NCBI GenBank assembly: GCA_017881185.1
Contig: JADGRE010000001.1
Coordinates: 9,286-73,285 of the forward strand
DNA length: 64,000 nucleotides
Reading direction: 5' to 3'
Origin: Pseudomonadota bacterium
GTDB taxonomy: Bacteria; Myxococcota_A; Polyangia; Polyangiales; JAFGIB01
A program made the position numbers and the translations under genes. Under the pieces are notes generated by a model. It saw only the letters and a program-made list of their open reading frames with translations, had not been told where the DNA came from and did no database searches. This document shows, piece by piece, positions 1 through 10,257 of this stretch. The number at the start of each line of letters is the position of its first letter. Within the stretch, counting starts at the first letter, position 1.

Positions 1-110
1 ACGTCACGCGCGGCTGGGACAAGCACCGGACCGCATACCAGCCACAGCTCGCCCTCGGCGTGCTGCCGGCGCCCGGCGGCGCGCTCGCCACGGCGCGGCT
101 GACTCTGTAA
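1..110 (+). CDS. 3' end of an unidentified CDS (partial, begins upstream of window)
   Basis: The frame is open from the window edge to TAA at 108-110, with G/C at nearly every third position. Only about 35 codons are visible, so no family call is possible. Confidence 0.35.
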   Translation, partial: VTRGWDKHRTAYQPQLALGVLPAPGGALATARLTL

Positions 111-133
111 GCTGCAACGGCCGCGGCACCGCG

Positions 134-2194
134 CTAGCCGACGGAGACCGCACCGCCGGCGACGCTGGCCTCGATGCCGGAACGCAGCAAGAGCGCCCGC
201 AAGTCCGGCTCGCGACCCATGAAGTCTTTGAACAGCTCCATCGGGTCGCGGCTGTCACCCCGCGACAGCACGTGCTCTCGGAACGCACGGCCAACGTCGG
301 CCGAGAACACGCCCTCACGCGAGAAGCGTGAGAACGCATCCGCGTCCAGGACTTCGGCCCACTTGTAGCTGTAGTAGCCGCCGGCGTAGCCGACCGGGTG
401 GCTGAACAGATGCCCGAAGCCGAGCACCATCGCGTAGTCGTCCGGCAAGGGTGCCGGCACAAGGCGCGCCATCAGGCGCCGTGCGTAGCCGACCACGTCG
501 CCGTCGCGCGTCGGCTCGTAGCTCATGTGCAGATCGAGATCGAGGCTCGCGAAACCCAGCTGGCGCATCATGTCGCTGCCGCCGCGGTAGGTGCGCGCAC
601 GCAGCAGCTTCTCCCAGAGCGCTTCGGGGATACGTTCGCCCGTCTGGTAATGCCGCGCGAACAAATCGACGGCTTCGCGCTCCCAGCAGAAGTTCTCCAT
701 GATCTGCGAGGGCAGCTCGACGAAGTCCCAAGCCACGTTGGTACCAGCCAGCGAACGCACTTCGACGCGGCTGAGCATGTGGTGCATCAGGTGCCCGAAC
801 TCGTGGAACACCGTCTCCACCTCGCGATGCCCGAGCAGCGCGGGCCCGTCGCCCAGCGGTGGGGTCATGTTCCCGCAGATCAAACCCACGTGCGGCGTGT
901 GCGCTTGTTCGCCGCGCTCGCCGGTGAGGAAGCCGTTCATCCAGGCGCCGTCACGCTTCTGCTCGCGCGGGAAGAAGTCGGCGTAGAAGTAGCCAATGAG
1001 CGAACCGTCGGTATCGTTGATCGCGTAGGTGCGCACACTCTGGTGCCACACCGGCAAGTCGTGCACTTCCTCGACGTGGATCGCGTACAGGCGCTCGACG
1101 ATGCGGAACAAGCCCGAGAGCACGCCGTCCATCGGGAAGTACGGCCGCAGCTCTTCTTCGTCGAAGTCGTAGCGTGCGAGCCGCTGCTTCTCCGCGTAAT
1201 ACGCCACGTCCCACGGCGCGAGCGGCACGCTGCCTGCGAACGCTTGCAGCTCGCGCTGCTCACGCGCGAACGCGTCGCGCGTACGCGCCTCGAGGTCGGC
1301 CACGAACGCATGCGCGTGCTCACCCTTCTTCGCCATGCGGTCGCTGAGCACCAGATCGACGAAGCTCGGATAGCCGAGCAGGCGCGCCTTCTGTGCACGC
1401 AGCTCGAGGATGCGCGCGACGATCTCCCGATTGTCGAACCTCCCGGACGCAGCCCGCGTGTTGAACGCACGGTAGACCTGCTCGCGCAGCGCGCGGTCAT
1501 CTAGGTACGTGAGTAGCGGCACGTAGCTCGGCGCCTGCAGGGTGAAGCGGTAGCCGCGCTTGCCCTTGGCTTCAGCGCTCTGGCGCGCGGCCTCGATCAC
1601 GCGCTCGGGCAAGCCCAAGAGGCGCGCGCGGTCTTCGACCAGCAGCTCGAAGTCGTTGGTGGCATCGAGCACGTGCTCGGCGAAACGGGTCGTGAGCTCG
1701 GTGAGCTCCACATTCAGATTCTCGAGCAACGCCTTGTCCGCTGCCGGCAGCCCTGCCCCCTCGCGCTTGAACCAGTCCATGGTCTTGCTGAGGAAGCGCG
1801 CACGCGTGGGCTCGAGCTGCTTTGCCGCGTCGCTCGCCGTGAACGCGCGCAGCGTGCGGAACAACCCCGCCGACATGGGAATGCTCGACATCAGCGCGCT
1901 GACCTTCGGCTGCACGGCGTTGTACGCCGCACGCAACTCGGGCGTGGTGGCCACCGATTCGAGGTGCCCAATCACGGTCATCGCGCGCTCGAGCGGTAGC
2001 GTGGCGTCTTCGAGCGCCAGCAACGTCTGCTCGTAGGTCAGCGGCGCGTCCCGCTGCTCGAGCAACAAGAGCCGGCTGCGCGCCTGCGCGAGCAGCGTGT
2101 CAATCGCCGGCTCCACGTGCGCGGCCTGAACGCGCTCGAAGGCGATGGGATGCTGGATCTGCAGCAGCGGATTGTCGGAGGCGGAGGAAGTCAT
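134..2194 (-). CDS. M3-family zinc metallopeptidase (oligopeptidase A / peptidyl-dipeptidase-like)
   Basis: HEFGHLMHH zinc motif and full-length M3-like sequence. The track ORF extends to 2626, but the extra 144 codons overlap the aroC 5' region and look non-coding. The ATG at 2192-2194 (MTSSASDNPLL) is preferred. Confidence 0.9.
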   Translation of the reverse strand: MTSSASDNPLLQIQHPIAFERVQAAHVEPAIDTLLAQARSRLLLLEQRDAPLTYEQTLLALEDATLPLERAMTVIGHLESVATTPELRAAYNAVQPKVSALMSSIPMSAGLFRTLRAFTASDAAKQLEPTRARFLSKTMDWFKREGAGLPAADKALLENLNVELTELTTRFAEHVLDATNDFELLVEDRARLLGLPERVIEAARQSAEAKGKRGYRFTLQAPSYVPLLTYLDDRALREQVYRAFNTRAASGRFDNREIVARILELRAQKARLLGYPSFVDLVLSDRMAKKGEHAHAFVADLEARTRDAFAREQRELQAFAGSVPLAPWDVAYYAEKQRLARYDFDEEELRPYFPMDGVLSGLFRIVERLYAIHVEEVHDLPVWHQSVRTYAINDTDGSLIGYFYADFFPREQKRDGAWMNGFLTGERGEQAHTPHVGLICGNMTPPLGDGPALLGHREVETVFHEFGHLMHHMLSRVEVRSLAGTNVAWDFVELPSQIMENFCWEREAVDLFARHYQTGERIPEALWEKLLRARTYRGGSDMMRQLGFASLDLDLHMSYEPTRDGDVVGYARRLMARLVPAPLPDDYAMVLGFGHLFSHPVGYAGGYYSYKWAEVLDADAFSRFSREGVFSADVGRAFREHVLSRGDSRDPMELFKDFMGREPDLRALLLRSGIEASVAGGAVSVG

Positions 2195-2327
2195 GCGGTG
2201 CCGGCAAGCATAGCAGCCACGGCCGCGGCCGGCAGGCCAGCCGACCACACTCTCGACGCGCCGTGCAGCCTGTTCCATACTGCGCCTGCTCGCAGCGTCT
2301 CCAACCTCGAAATGAGCACGAATTGCC

Positions 2328-3419
2328 GTGGGAAGCGTTTTCGGAAAACTGTTCTGTATCTCGACCTTCGGTGAGTCGCACGGCGGGGGCGTGGGGGTCG
2401 TAGTCGACGGTTGTCCGCCGCGCCTGCCGATATCCACGGAAGAGCTGCAGCGCGATCTCGATCGCCGCAAGCCCGGCCAGAGCGTGCTGACCACGCCTCG
2501 CAACGAGACCGACAGCGTCGAGATCCTCTCCGGCGTCTTCGAGGGCCTCACGCTCGGCACCCCCATCGCGATGCTGGTGCGCAACCAAGATGCCCGCGCG
2601 TCGGCATACGAGCCGATGAAAGACATCTACCGGCCCTCGCACGCCGACTACACCACCGAGGCCAAGTACGGCATTCGCAACTGGCAAGGCGGCGGTCGCG
2701 CCAGTGCCCGCGAGACCATCGGCCGCGTCGCCGCCGGAGCGCTCGCACGCAAGCTCCTGCGCACACTCGCCAACATCGAGGTGCTCGGCTGGGTGCAGAG
2801 CGTCCAAGACCTGGTCGGCACCATCGACCCGGGCGCAGTCACGCTCGAGCAGGTCGAAGCCAGTCCCACCCGTTGCCCAGATCCCGCGGCCGCCGAACGC
2901 ATGTTCCAGCGCATCGACGAAGCCCGCCGCAACCAAGACTCCCTCGGCGGCGTGGTTCAGTGCATCGCGCGCCGCGTACCTCCAGGCCTCGGCGAGCCGG
3001 TGTTCGACAAGCTCGAAGCCGATCTCGCGCGCGCCATGCTCTCGCTACCCGCGAGCAAGGGCTTCGAGATAGGCAGCGGCTTCGCAGGCACCTTGCTCAG
3101 CGGCGCCACGCACAACGATCCGTTCGTGCCAGGCCCACAAGGTCTGCCCCGCACGCGCACCAACCATTCCGGCGGCATACAAGGCGGCATCAGCAACGGC
3201 GAAGACATCGTCATCCGCGTGGCTTTCAAGCCCACTGCCACTATCTCGCTTCCCCAAGACACCGTCGATCGCAACAATCAGACGGTGACCTTGCGCGCTC
3301 AGGGCCGCCACGACCCGTGCGTGCTGCCGCGTGCGGTGCCCATCGTGGAAGCCATGATGTGCCTGGTGCTGGTCGACCACCTGCTGCGGCAACGCGGCCA
3401 AGACGTGCTGGCGCGCTGA
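2328..3419 (+). CDS. aroC: chorismate synthase
   Basis: 363 aa. The N-terminus [27 protein letters not shown] and the collinear remainder are typical of AroC. Confidence 0.95.
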   Translation: MGSVFGKLFCISTFGESHGGGVGVVVDGCPPRLPISTEELQRDLDRRKPGQSVLTTPRNETDSVEILSGVFEGLTLGTPIAMLVRNQDARASAYEPMKDIYRPSHADYTTEAKYGIRNWQGGGRASARETIGRVAAGALARKLLRTLANIEVLGWVQSVQDLVGTIDPGAVTLEQVEASPTRCPDPAAAERMFQRIDEARRNQDSLGGVVQCIARRVPPGLGEPVFDKLEADLARAMLSLPASKGFEIGSGFAGTLLSGATHNDPFVPGPQGLPRTRTNHSGGIQGGISNGEDIVIRVAFKPTATISLPQDTVDRNNQTVTLRAQGRHDPCVLPRAVPIVEAMMCLVLVDHLLRQRGQDVLAR

Positions 3420-3455
3420 ACGCACGGCTGAAGCCGCGCGCACGACTCACGCCAC

Positions 3456-5549
3456 TCACGCAGCGTCGACGAGCCGAAACGAGATCGCCAAGAACAACGC
3501 GCGCATGGCGTCCTCGGCGTCGACCCCCGACTGCGAGGTGCAGCGCGCGAACAGCGACCCGATGGTCTGATCGCCCCTCGCCTGCTCGATCACCCAGCGC
3601 CACGCGTCGGGCACTTGGTACGCCGGCAACGCTGCGTGTGGCTGCTGCGCGGGCCGCACCACCTTCTCCCAGAGCGGTGACAACGCCGCTTCGAGCTCCG
3701 ACGGGTGCAGCGCCATGCACGCGTCGCGCATCAGCACCTGCGTATCCTGCTCGATCGGATAGGTCTCCTCGCGACTCTGCCGATCGCGCACGTACACGAA
3801 CTGGCCGCGACGCCAGCGGAACGCCTCCAGGTAGCGACCGCGCACCTGCGACGCCACTGCGCGGTACAGCTGCACTGGCCGCAGCACGCCCAGGTTCACC
3901 AGCGCATCGCCGAGCCGCCCACGGTGCTGTGGCAACACCGCCAGAGCCATGTCGAGCTCCATCGGCAAGCACACGTGATGGTCCACGAGATACTGGCCCA
4001 GCATCTCCGCGCGCGTGGTCGAGGCCACGAAATCGGGCCGACCATCGACGAAGTACACCTTCTTGCGCCGCTGACCATCTTCCAGATACAGCACACCGGT
4101 CTCACGGTTCTGCGCCAGGCTGTGCACGACCGGCAGGAGCGTCGCGGCGCTCAGATCACCGCGCAGGCGCGGCCGACTGATCTCTTCTTTCGACCACTGC
4201 AATGCCGGCGTAGAGAACACCCGGCTCAGCTCGGGCAATTCACCCGCCAAGCGCGCCGGATTGCGCTCGGGCGTGACCAGCGATTGCGCATCGAGCTCAC
4301 CCGTCGCCGCCAAGCGCACCAGCTCGGGGAACTGCACGCTCGCGAGCCTGCGCCCGTCGGGCAGCTGCACACCGTAGGTGCGATGGGGCGCCAGGTCGAG
4401 CGGCGACACTTGCGCACCAGTGCGGGTTTCGAGCGCCTGCGTCTGCGGTCCGTGCCCGAAGAGCGAGGTGGGTCGCTCCGCGCCTTCAACACCAAGCTCG
4501 TGTGGCTCCACCGTGGCGAGCTCGCAACGCGCGAGCACCTGACACAGCTGCTGCGAAGCATCGAGCGGCATGTTGCGACGCGTACAGATCGACTCGATGG
4601 CCTGCGCGAGTTGGCGCGCATCCGGCCGCTCGCTCGGCTTGGCGCGTAACCCCAGATGCAAAAGCCGACTCACATCGGACGGGATCTGCCTCTGGCAACG
4701 ATCGAGCGCGCGCAGGTCGGTGTCGCGGATGCGCAACAGCACGTCGAGCTGCGCGCCGCCGGCGAAGAGCGACGCACCCATGAGCAACTCGGCGAAGATC
4801 ACGCAGAGCGTGAAGACGTCGCTCTTGCCGTCGAGCGGCAAGCCTTGCACTTGCTCGGGCGACATGTACCCGAGCTTGCCGCGCAGATCGTTGCTGTCGG
4901 TGTGCGCCTCGGCCACGCGCGTGCGCGCGATGCCGAAGTCGGCGAGCTTCAGGTGCCCAGTGTTGGTGACGAGCAAGTTGCCTGGGCTGACGTCGCGATG
5001 CACGAGGCCCAGCGGCTCGCCGTGGTCGTCGCGCAAGCGATGAGCGTAGTCGAGCGCGCGCGCCGCCTGCGCCACCAGATACAACGCTACGTTGAGCGGC
5101 ACGACCTCGTCGCGCGCGGCCAGCGTGCGACCGAGCCGCCCCAAGCTCGTGCCTTCGACGAGCTCCATCGCGATGTACAGCTCGCCCTCGTCCTCACCGA
5201 AGTCGAACACCTGCACGATGTTCGGATGAGACAGCCGCGCCGCGAGCGCCGCCTCGTCGATGAACATGCGCACGAACGCCGGGTCTTCCGCCGCCGACGG
5301 CAGGATGCGCTTGACCGCGACGCGCTTGAAGAAGCCGTGCGGTCCGGCGCGCTTGGCCGCGTAGACCTCGGCCATGCCGCCCGCGCCGAGCTTGCCTTCG
5401 ATAAGGTAACTACCGAGCAGCGATGCTGGACCGATCACGCGACGCAAACGCGAAGCCGACTCCGACGACGCCGGCTTGTCGCGACCCGAGCCTGCGGCAG
5501 GTGCCGCATCGGGAACGAGAGAAATGGCTGGTGGCTTTACTGACGGCAA
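3456..5549 (-). CDS. Ser/Thr protein kinase with C-terminal DUF4388-like plus MshEN-like module
   Basis: Kinase motifs are GAGGMAEVY..AVKR, HRDVSPGNLL, DFGIA and GYMSPE. The C-terminal half is non-kinase (see findings). Confidence 0.9.
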   Translation of the reverse strand: MPSVKPPAISLVPDAAPAAGSGRDKPASSESASRLRRVIGPASLLGSYLIEGKLGAGGMAEVYAAKRAGPHGFFKRVAVKRILPSAAEDPAFVRMFIDEAALAARLSHPNIVQVFDFGEDEGELYIAMELVEGTSLGRLGRTLAARDEVVPLNVALYLVAQAARALDYAHRLRDDHGEPLGLVHRDVSPGNLLVTNTGHLKLADFGIARTRVAEAHTDSNDLRGKLGYMSPEQVQGLPLDGKSDVFTLCVIFAELLMGASLFAGGAQLDVLLRIRDTDLRALDRCQRQIPSDVSRLLHLGLRAKPSERPDARQLAQAIESICTRRNMPLDASQQLCQVLARCELATVEPHELGVEGAERPTSLFGHGPQTQALETRTGAQVSPLDLAPHRTYGVQLPDGRRLASVQFPELVRLAATGELDAQSLVTPERNPARLAGELPELSRVFSTPALQWSKEEISRPRLRGDLSAATLLPVVHSLAQNRETGVLYLEDGQRRKKVYFVDGRPDFVASTTRAEMLGQYLVDHHVCLPMELDMALAVLPQHRGRLGDALVNLGVLRPVQLYRAVASQVRGRYLEAFRWRRGQFVYVRDRQSREETYPIEQDTQVLMRDACMALHPSELEAALSPLWEKVVRPAQQPHAALPAYQVPDAWRWVIEQARGDQTIGSLFARCTSQSGVDAEDAMRALFLAISFRLVDAA

Positions 5550-5610
5550 CGCCTTGCACCCACGGCCGACCGGCGACGACCGGAAGAGCCCTCACCTTCC
5601 AATGATGCCA

Positions 5611-5616
5611 TATAAT
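5611..5616 (+). promoter_or_regulatory. candidate -10 box (TATAAT) in AT-richer divergent intergenic region
   Basis: A perfect TATAAT lies in the 205-bp gap between the divergent kinase and lipoprotein genes. No convincing -35 was seen. Confidence 0.25.
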
Positions 5617-5754
5617 TTCAGCAGCAGTCAGCAGCCAGGCCCTCGAGTCGAGTGGCCACTCGCCTCGCCAGCGAAAGTGATGTACGTTTATTGCTCATCC
5701 CGGGGTTGGGCACCGACATCGCGCTGCCGCTTCGAGAACACCTTGCCGGAGTAG

Positions 5755-5808
5755 ATGTCGTCCATGTCGTCCATGTCGTCCATGTCGTCCATGTCGTCTA
5801 TGTCGTCC
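5755..5808 (+). repeat. 9-bp tandem repeat (ATGTCGTCC x5 plus ATGTCGTCT x1), in frame at a gene start
   Basis: Read directly: six contiguous 9-bp units, each beginning with ATG, encoding (MSS)6. Confidence 0.95.
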
Positions 5809-6282
5809 GTGCGTAGCTTCCGCATTGCTCTCGTAGCCGCCGCCCTGCTCGTCGCCGGAGACACCCTGGGTTGCAACGACGCAACCAACAAGAGTTGCCC
5901 CGCGGTCGCCGGCGTGTTCCAGGCGCAGTATCAACAGATCGAGGGCTCCTGCCCTGCGACCTTCGATGGCAACCAGCTCAACATCGCCCGCGACGATGTC
6001 GGCAACGTGACCAAGGTCGAGACTCGCCTGTCCGACATCGTGCGGACCTCGTTCATCCTCAAGGGCTGCTCGATTGGCATGAAGCAAGAGATCGAGGCCA
6101 TGGGACGGGTGCAGTCCGAGATCGCCGGCGACCTGCACGTCGACAGCGACGCGGCGCTGTCGGGCCAGCTGATGCGCACCGTGTACTCGGACACCGGCAT
6201 CGCGTGCCACGGCGTGTACGAAGCGCACTTCACGCGTCAAGGCGTGGTCATCGGCGCCGCGACGCAGGCCGCGCAGCAGTGA
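5755..6282 (+). CDS. putative lipoprotein, unknown function
   Basis: After the (MSS)6 repeat comes a signal-peptide-like VRSFRIALVAAALLVAGDTLGC with a lipobox-like Cys. GGAG lies 3 nt upstream of the first ATG. The antisense 214-aa ORF is an Arg/His/Gly-rich shadow. Confidence 0.6.
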   Translation: MSSMSSMSSMSSMSSMSSVRSFRIALVAAALLVAGDTLGCNDATNKSCPAVAGVFQAQYQQIEGSCPATFDGNQLNIARDDVGNVTKVETRLSDIVRTSFILKGCSIGMKQEIEAMGRVQSEIAGDLHVDSDAALSGQLMRTVYSDTGIACHGVYEAHFTRQGVVIGAATQAAQQ

Positions 6283-6313
6283 GCGAAGGCTTCGCGGCGC
6301 GAGCTGACGCGAG

Positions 6314-7342
6314 TTGAGCAGGCACACCTTTGCGCGCAAACTCCGCGCCGGAGGTCACGTGCGGCCCGACAAGCTCAAGCTCGCGCATCTACCCACGCCT
6401 TTGTTTCGCCACGACGCCCTCGACCACATCGTCGGCGCCGAGGTCTGGGTGAAGCGCGACGACATGACAGGCGGCCCCGAAGCCGGCAACAAGATCCGCA
6501 AGCTCGAGTACCTGTTGGCCGCGGCGGTGAACACGCAGGCCCGCGCCGTCATCACTTGCGGCGGCGTCCAGAGCAATCATGCACGCGCGACGGCGATCCT
6601 CGCGCGCCGTCTCGGACTGCGTCCGGTACTCTTGCTGCGCACAGCGGACGGTGCTGCCCCAGCGCATCGCGTCGGCAACCTGCTGCTCGACGCGCTCGTC
6701 GGTGCCGAGCTGCGCTTCATCACGCCAGCGCAATACCAGCTACGCGACGCGCTGATGCAACAGCTCGCAGCCGAGCTCGCAGCAACGGGCGAGCCCGCAT
6801 ACGTGATCCCCGAGGGCGGCTCCAACGGCCTGGGCGCGCTCGGCTACATCGACGCGATGGCCGAAGTGCGGGCGCAGCTCGATGCAGGTGACGCGGGCGG
6901 ACCAGCAGCCTTCGACGCCGTGATACACGCCTGCGGCTCCGGCGGGACCGCCGCCGGCGTATGCCTCGGCGCGGGCCTGCATGGCGTCGCCGAATACGCG
7001 ATCGCGATCGCGGTGTGCGACGACAGGGCGTACTTCGAGCGGCGCATCGAGCAGATCGTCGCCGAGGCGATGCAGCTGCTGCAGACGAGCTTGCCGCATG
7101 CACGCGCCAGCGTTCTCGATCAATGGAAGGGCCCGGCGTATGCCGTGCCCAGCGAGGATCAAGCGCGCTTCATCGCGCGGATCGCCCGTGAGACCGGCCT
7201 GCTCTTGGACCCGGCGTACACCGGCAAGGCGATGTTTGGCTTGGCGCAACTCTCGCCGAAACCGAAACGAGTACTATTCTTACACACGGGGGGCCTGCCT
7301 GGTCTGCTCGCCGACTCCGATCGCTTCGAGAATCTGCTGTAA
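6314..7342 (+). CDS. PLP-dependent D-cysteine desulfhydrase / ACC deaminase family protein
   Basis: KRDDMTGGPEAGNKIRKLEYLL (PLP-lysine region) and CGGVQSNHARATA are typical of this family. The TTG start is uncertain. Confidence 0.85.
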   Translation: MSRHTFARKLRAGGHVRPDKLKLAHLPTPLFRHDALDHIVGAEVWVKRDDMTGGPEAGNKIRKLEYLLAAAVNTQARAVITCGGVQSNHARATAILARRLGLRPVLLLRTADGAAPAHRVGNLLLDALVGAELRFITPAQYQLRDALMQQLAAELAATGEPAYVIPEGGSNGLGALGYIDAMAEVRAQLDAGDAGGPAAFDAVIHACGSGGTAAGVCLGAGLHGVAEYAIAIAVCDDRAYFERRIEQIVAEAMQLLQTSLPHARASVLDQWKGPAYAVPSEDQARFIARIARETGLLLDPAYTGKAMFGLAQLSPKPKRVLFLHTGGLPGLLADSDRFENLL

Positions 7343-7453
7343 TCACCGCAGGTTATCGTCGAGCACACCTGTACGCACAAGAGGCGCTAACGCGGCAAAG
7401 TTGAACACATTGCGGAACGTTCCGGTGAAGCTGTATGTTGCCTCACTGTTCAC

Positions 7454-7906
7454 ATGGCGTTCCCCGGATACCAAATCGAACGTGCTGTCCCCGATGAGCT
7501 GACCATCCGGCTTGCCGGCGTGCTCGACGAGGCGACCCTGCTGGCCTGCGAGCGCGACACGCGTATGCAGCTCAAGTTGGCCAAGAGCGGGTCGCTGCAT
7601 CTGCTCTGGGATCTGCAGCAGGTGACCGGGTACTCGATCGAAGCGCGTGCTGTGCTTGCGCGCCTCCAGGCATTTCTCACGGACAAGGCTGGCCGCACGG
7701 TCTACGTGGCCTCACGACCCGAGCCGCGCTCGCTGGCGCTGTGGGCGGTGCACATGGCCGGCGCACTGCAGGCGCGGGTAGCTCAAGAGCTGGAACCTGC
7801 GCGGGCGTGGCTGCGCGGCGGCGGCGGGCCAGACACCGGAGTGCGCCCACTGGCCTCGGTGCGACCGCCTGCTGCACTCGAGCCCGTCGAAAAAGCCGCG
7901 AGCTGA
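7454..7906 (+). CDS. hypothetical protein, weakly STAS/anti-sigma-antagonist-like
   Basis: 150-aa ORF with coding-like third-position bias. LTIRLAGVLD...LHLLWDLQQVTGYSIEARAVLARL resembles the STAS fold only loosely. Confidence 0.45.
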   Translation: MAFPGYQIERAVPDELTIRLAGVLDEATLLACERDTRMQLKLAKSGSLHLLWDLQQVTGYSIEARAVLARLQAFLTDKAGRTVYVASRPEPRSLALWAVHMAGALQARVAQELEPARAWLRGGGGPDTGVRPLASVRPPAALEPVEKAAS

Positions 7907-7962
7907 GTCTCACGCAGCGCAGTCGGCGCTTCGGCCGATGCTCGTGCACGCGCGAACGCCGC

Positions 7963-8574
7963 TCATGCGGCGCCACCGCTGCGCTGGACGGATCCCTCGG
8001 CCGACAAATGCGCCGTGCAGTTCGCGAGCCGCACGAAGTGCGGTGGTGCAGCCTCGATGACGCTCAAGCTCGCATTGTCGAAGCGCGCCGGCAGCGCGAC
8101 ATCGCCCGGCGTGCGGGTTTGGCGGTGAACGACGGCCCAGCACAAGAGGCCGTGCGTGATCACCACCAAGTTGCCCGCAGTCGCGCGCGCGGCCTCCGCC
8201 ACCTGCGCGAACGCGCGGTCAGTGCGCGCATGAAACGTCTCCCAGGTCTCGCCATTGGGCGGCGCAAAGTCGGGCGCAAACGGATCGCCGCCCAGCTGTG
8301 AGTACGGCAGGCCGCGTAGATCCCCGAAGTTGCGCTCCTGCAGCAGCTCGCTCGTGATGACCGGTAAGCCCGTGAGCGCGGCAAGTGGCTCCGCGGTCAT
8401 ACGCGCGCGCGTGAGATCGCTGCACAGGATCTGACTCACGCCGAGCGCGCATAAGCGCGTGGCGAGCAAGCCCGCCTGCTGCACGCCGCGCGGGTTGAGC
8501 GGCGTGTCCGCGGTCTGCAAGATGCGCGCGACATTCGAGGCCGTTTCACCGTGCCGGACGAGCAAGATCGACAT
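7963..8574 (-). CDS. histidine phosphatase (phosphoglycerate mutase) family protein
   Basis: N-terminal LLVRHGETASN (RHG motif) and a later VVITHG second-His motif. Confidence 0.85.
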   Translation of the reverse strand: MSILLVRHGETASNVARILQTADTPLNPRGVQQAGLLATRLCALGVSQILCSDLTRARMTAEPLAALTGLPVITSELLQERNFGDLRGLPYSQLGGDPFAPDFAPPNGETWETFHARTDRAFAQVAEAARATAGNLVVITHGLLCWAVVHRQTRTPGDVALPARFDNASLSVIEAAPPHFVRLANCTAHLSAEGSVQRSGGAA

Positions 8575-8657
8575 GCGTTGCTCAGCCTACCACGTCGCGC
8601 AACTGCGCTGCTCGACTCTGGCTGACGCTGCGATTCGTGCTATCTCTGCGCTGTCCC

Positions 8658-9278
8658 ATGATCACGATCGTCGACTACAACGCCGGCAACCTGCGTAGCG
8701 TGAAGCGCGCGTGCGACGCCGTCGGCATCGAGTCGCTGTTCACGCAGGACCCGGACGCCGTCGCCAAGGCCGACAAGCTCATCTTCCCCGGCGTGGGCCA
8801 CGCGCGCACCGCCATGGCCACGCTCGTACGCACCGGCCTCGGCGATGCGGTCCGACACGCGTTCCAGCGCGGCACGCCCATTCTCGGCATCTGCGTGGGT
8901 GCACAGCTCTTGCTCGACAGCTCCGAAGAAGGCGAGACGCCGGGCTTCGGCTTCATCCCCGGACGCACGCGCCTGTTTCGCTTGGAAGATCACTCGCTGA
9001 AGATCCCGCACATGGGCTGGAACAACGTGGTCGTGGAGCAAGCGCACCCGCTCTTGTCCACGCTGCAAACAGGCGACGAGCTCTACTTCGTGCACTCGTA
9101 CTATCTGGATCCAGCGGAGCCGCGTCACGTGTATGCAACCACGGATCACGGCTTTCGCTTCTGCGTCGCGCTCGGCCGCGACAACCTCTTCGCAACGCAG
9201 TTCCACCCCGAGAAGAGCGGGCGCGTGGGCCTGGGCTTGCTCGCGCGCTTCGCGAGCTGGGACGGCACGCCATGTTGA
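8658..9278 (+). CDS. hisH: imidazole glycerol phosphate synthase, glutamine amidotransferase subunit
   Basis: [15 protein letters not shown], catalytic [10 protein letters not shown] and QFHPEKSG. The ATG at 8658 is preferred over the track start at 8637. Confidence 0.9.
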   Translation: MITIVDYNAGNLRSVKRACDAVGIESLFTQDPDAVAKADKLIFPGVGHARTAMATLVRTGLGDAVRHAFQRGTPILGICVGAQLLLDSSEEGETPGFGFIPGRTRLFRLEDHSLKIPHMGWNNVVVEQAHPLLSTLQTGDELYFVHSYYLDPAEPRHVYATTDHGFRFCVALGRDNLFATQFHPEKSGRVGLGLLARFASWDGTPC

Positions 9279-10069
9279 GCAAGCGCGTCATCGCTTGCCT
9301 CGACGTGCGCGATGGCAAGCTCGCCAAGAGCGTCAAGTTCGTCGACACCAAAGACATCGGCGACCCGGTGCACAAAGCCAAGCAGTACTACGACGACGGC
9401 CTCGACGAGCTGGTGTTCTACGACATCACTGCGTCGAGCGACGGCCGCGCGATCATGATCGACGTGGTCGAGCGCGTCGCCGCGCAGATCTTCATCCCGT
9501 TCTCGGTCGGCGGCGGTGTGCGCTCTGTCGACGATGCTTCGCGCCTGCGCCTGGCGGGCGCGGAGAAGATCAACGTGAACAGCGCCGCGGTGAAAGACCC
9601 GGAGCTGATCCATCGCTGCTCGGAAGCCATCGGCGCGCAGAGCGTAGTCCTGTCCATGGACGTGCTGCGCGTGACTGCGAGCGCGAGCATCCCGAGCGGC
9701 TACGAGATCGTAATTCACGGCGGCCGCACCAACACCGGGCTCGATGCGCTGCAGTGGGCAAAGCGTGGCGAAGCGCTGGGCGCCGGCGAGCTGGTGGTGA
9801 ACTCCATCGACGCCGACGGCACGCGCGAAGGCTACGAGATTACCCTGACGCGGATGATCGCCGACGCCGTGCGCATCCCGGTCATAGCCTCGGGTGGCGC
9901 CGGTCGCCCAGAACACCTGTACGAAGTGCTCACCGCGGGCCATGCCGACGCCGCCTTGGTAGCCTCGATGGTCCACTACGGCGAGTACACGGTGTCCCAA
10001 ATCAAGGGCTATCTCGCGGGGCGCGCCATCAAAGTGCGCGACACTCACCTGCAGACCAGCACTAAGTAG
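9272..10069 (+). CDS. hisF: imidazole glycerol phosphate synthase, cyclase subunit
   Basis: [25 protein letters not shown] and VIASGGAG motifs. The ATG at 9272 overlaps the hisH stop. The gene lies inside the longer track ORF 8711-10069. Confidence 0.95.
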   Translation: MLSKRVIACLDVRDGKLAKSVKFVDTKDIGDPVHKAKQYYDDGLDELVFYDITASSDGRAIMIDVVERVAAQIFIPFSVGGGVRSVDDASRLRLAGAEKINVNSAAVKDPELIHRCSEAIGAQSVVLSMDVLRVTASASIPSGYEIVIHGGRTNTGLDALQWAKRGEALGAGELVVNSIDADGTREGYEITLTRMIADAVRIPVIASGGAGRPEHLYEVLTAGHADAALVASMVHYGEYTVSQIKGYLAGRAIKVRDTHLQTSTK

Positions 10070-10257
10070 TTGAAGTCACAGGCTTTGCGCGCAGCGATCG
10101 GCTCCCGATTGAGCAGGGCCACCCGGCTGAGCCGCAACGGCGTGGTAGACACACATAGATGCTTGGGAAGCGGTAGCGTTGTGCGCGGTAGTGTGCAAAT
10201 AATGTCCAGCGTGGGTGCGGGGTCAGTGGGGCGTTTCGCCCATACACCACGAGGAGC

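Noticed and set aside
2195-2626. N-terminal extension of the M3 peptidase ORF to 830 aa
   Set aside because: The extension overlaps the aroC start region, has no peptidase similarity, and has odd composition. The internal ATG at 2194 gives a normal-length M3 enzyme.
2411-4180. 589-aa plus-strand ORF overlapping aroC and the kinase gene
   Set aside because: It is extremely Arg/Pro/Ala-rich and off-frame to aroC, which has clear family motifs. It is also antisense to the kinase.
5755-5808. Possible CRISPR-like or minisatellite array
   Set aside because: The units are 9 bp, contiguous and spacer-less, and they lie in frame within a CDS start. This is a coding microsatellite, not CRISPR.
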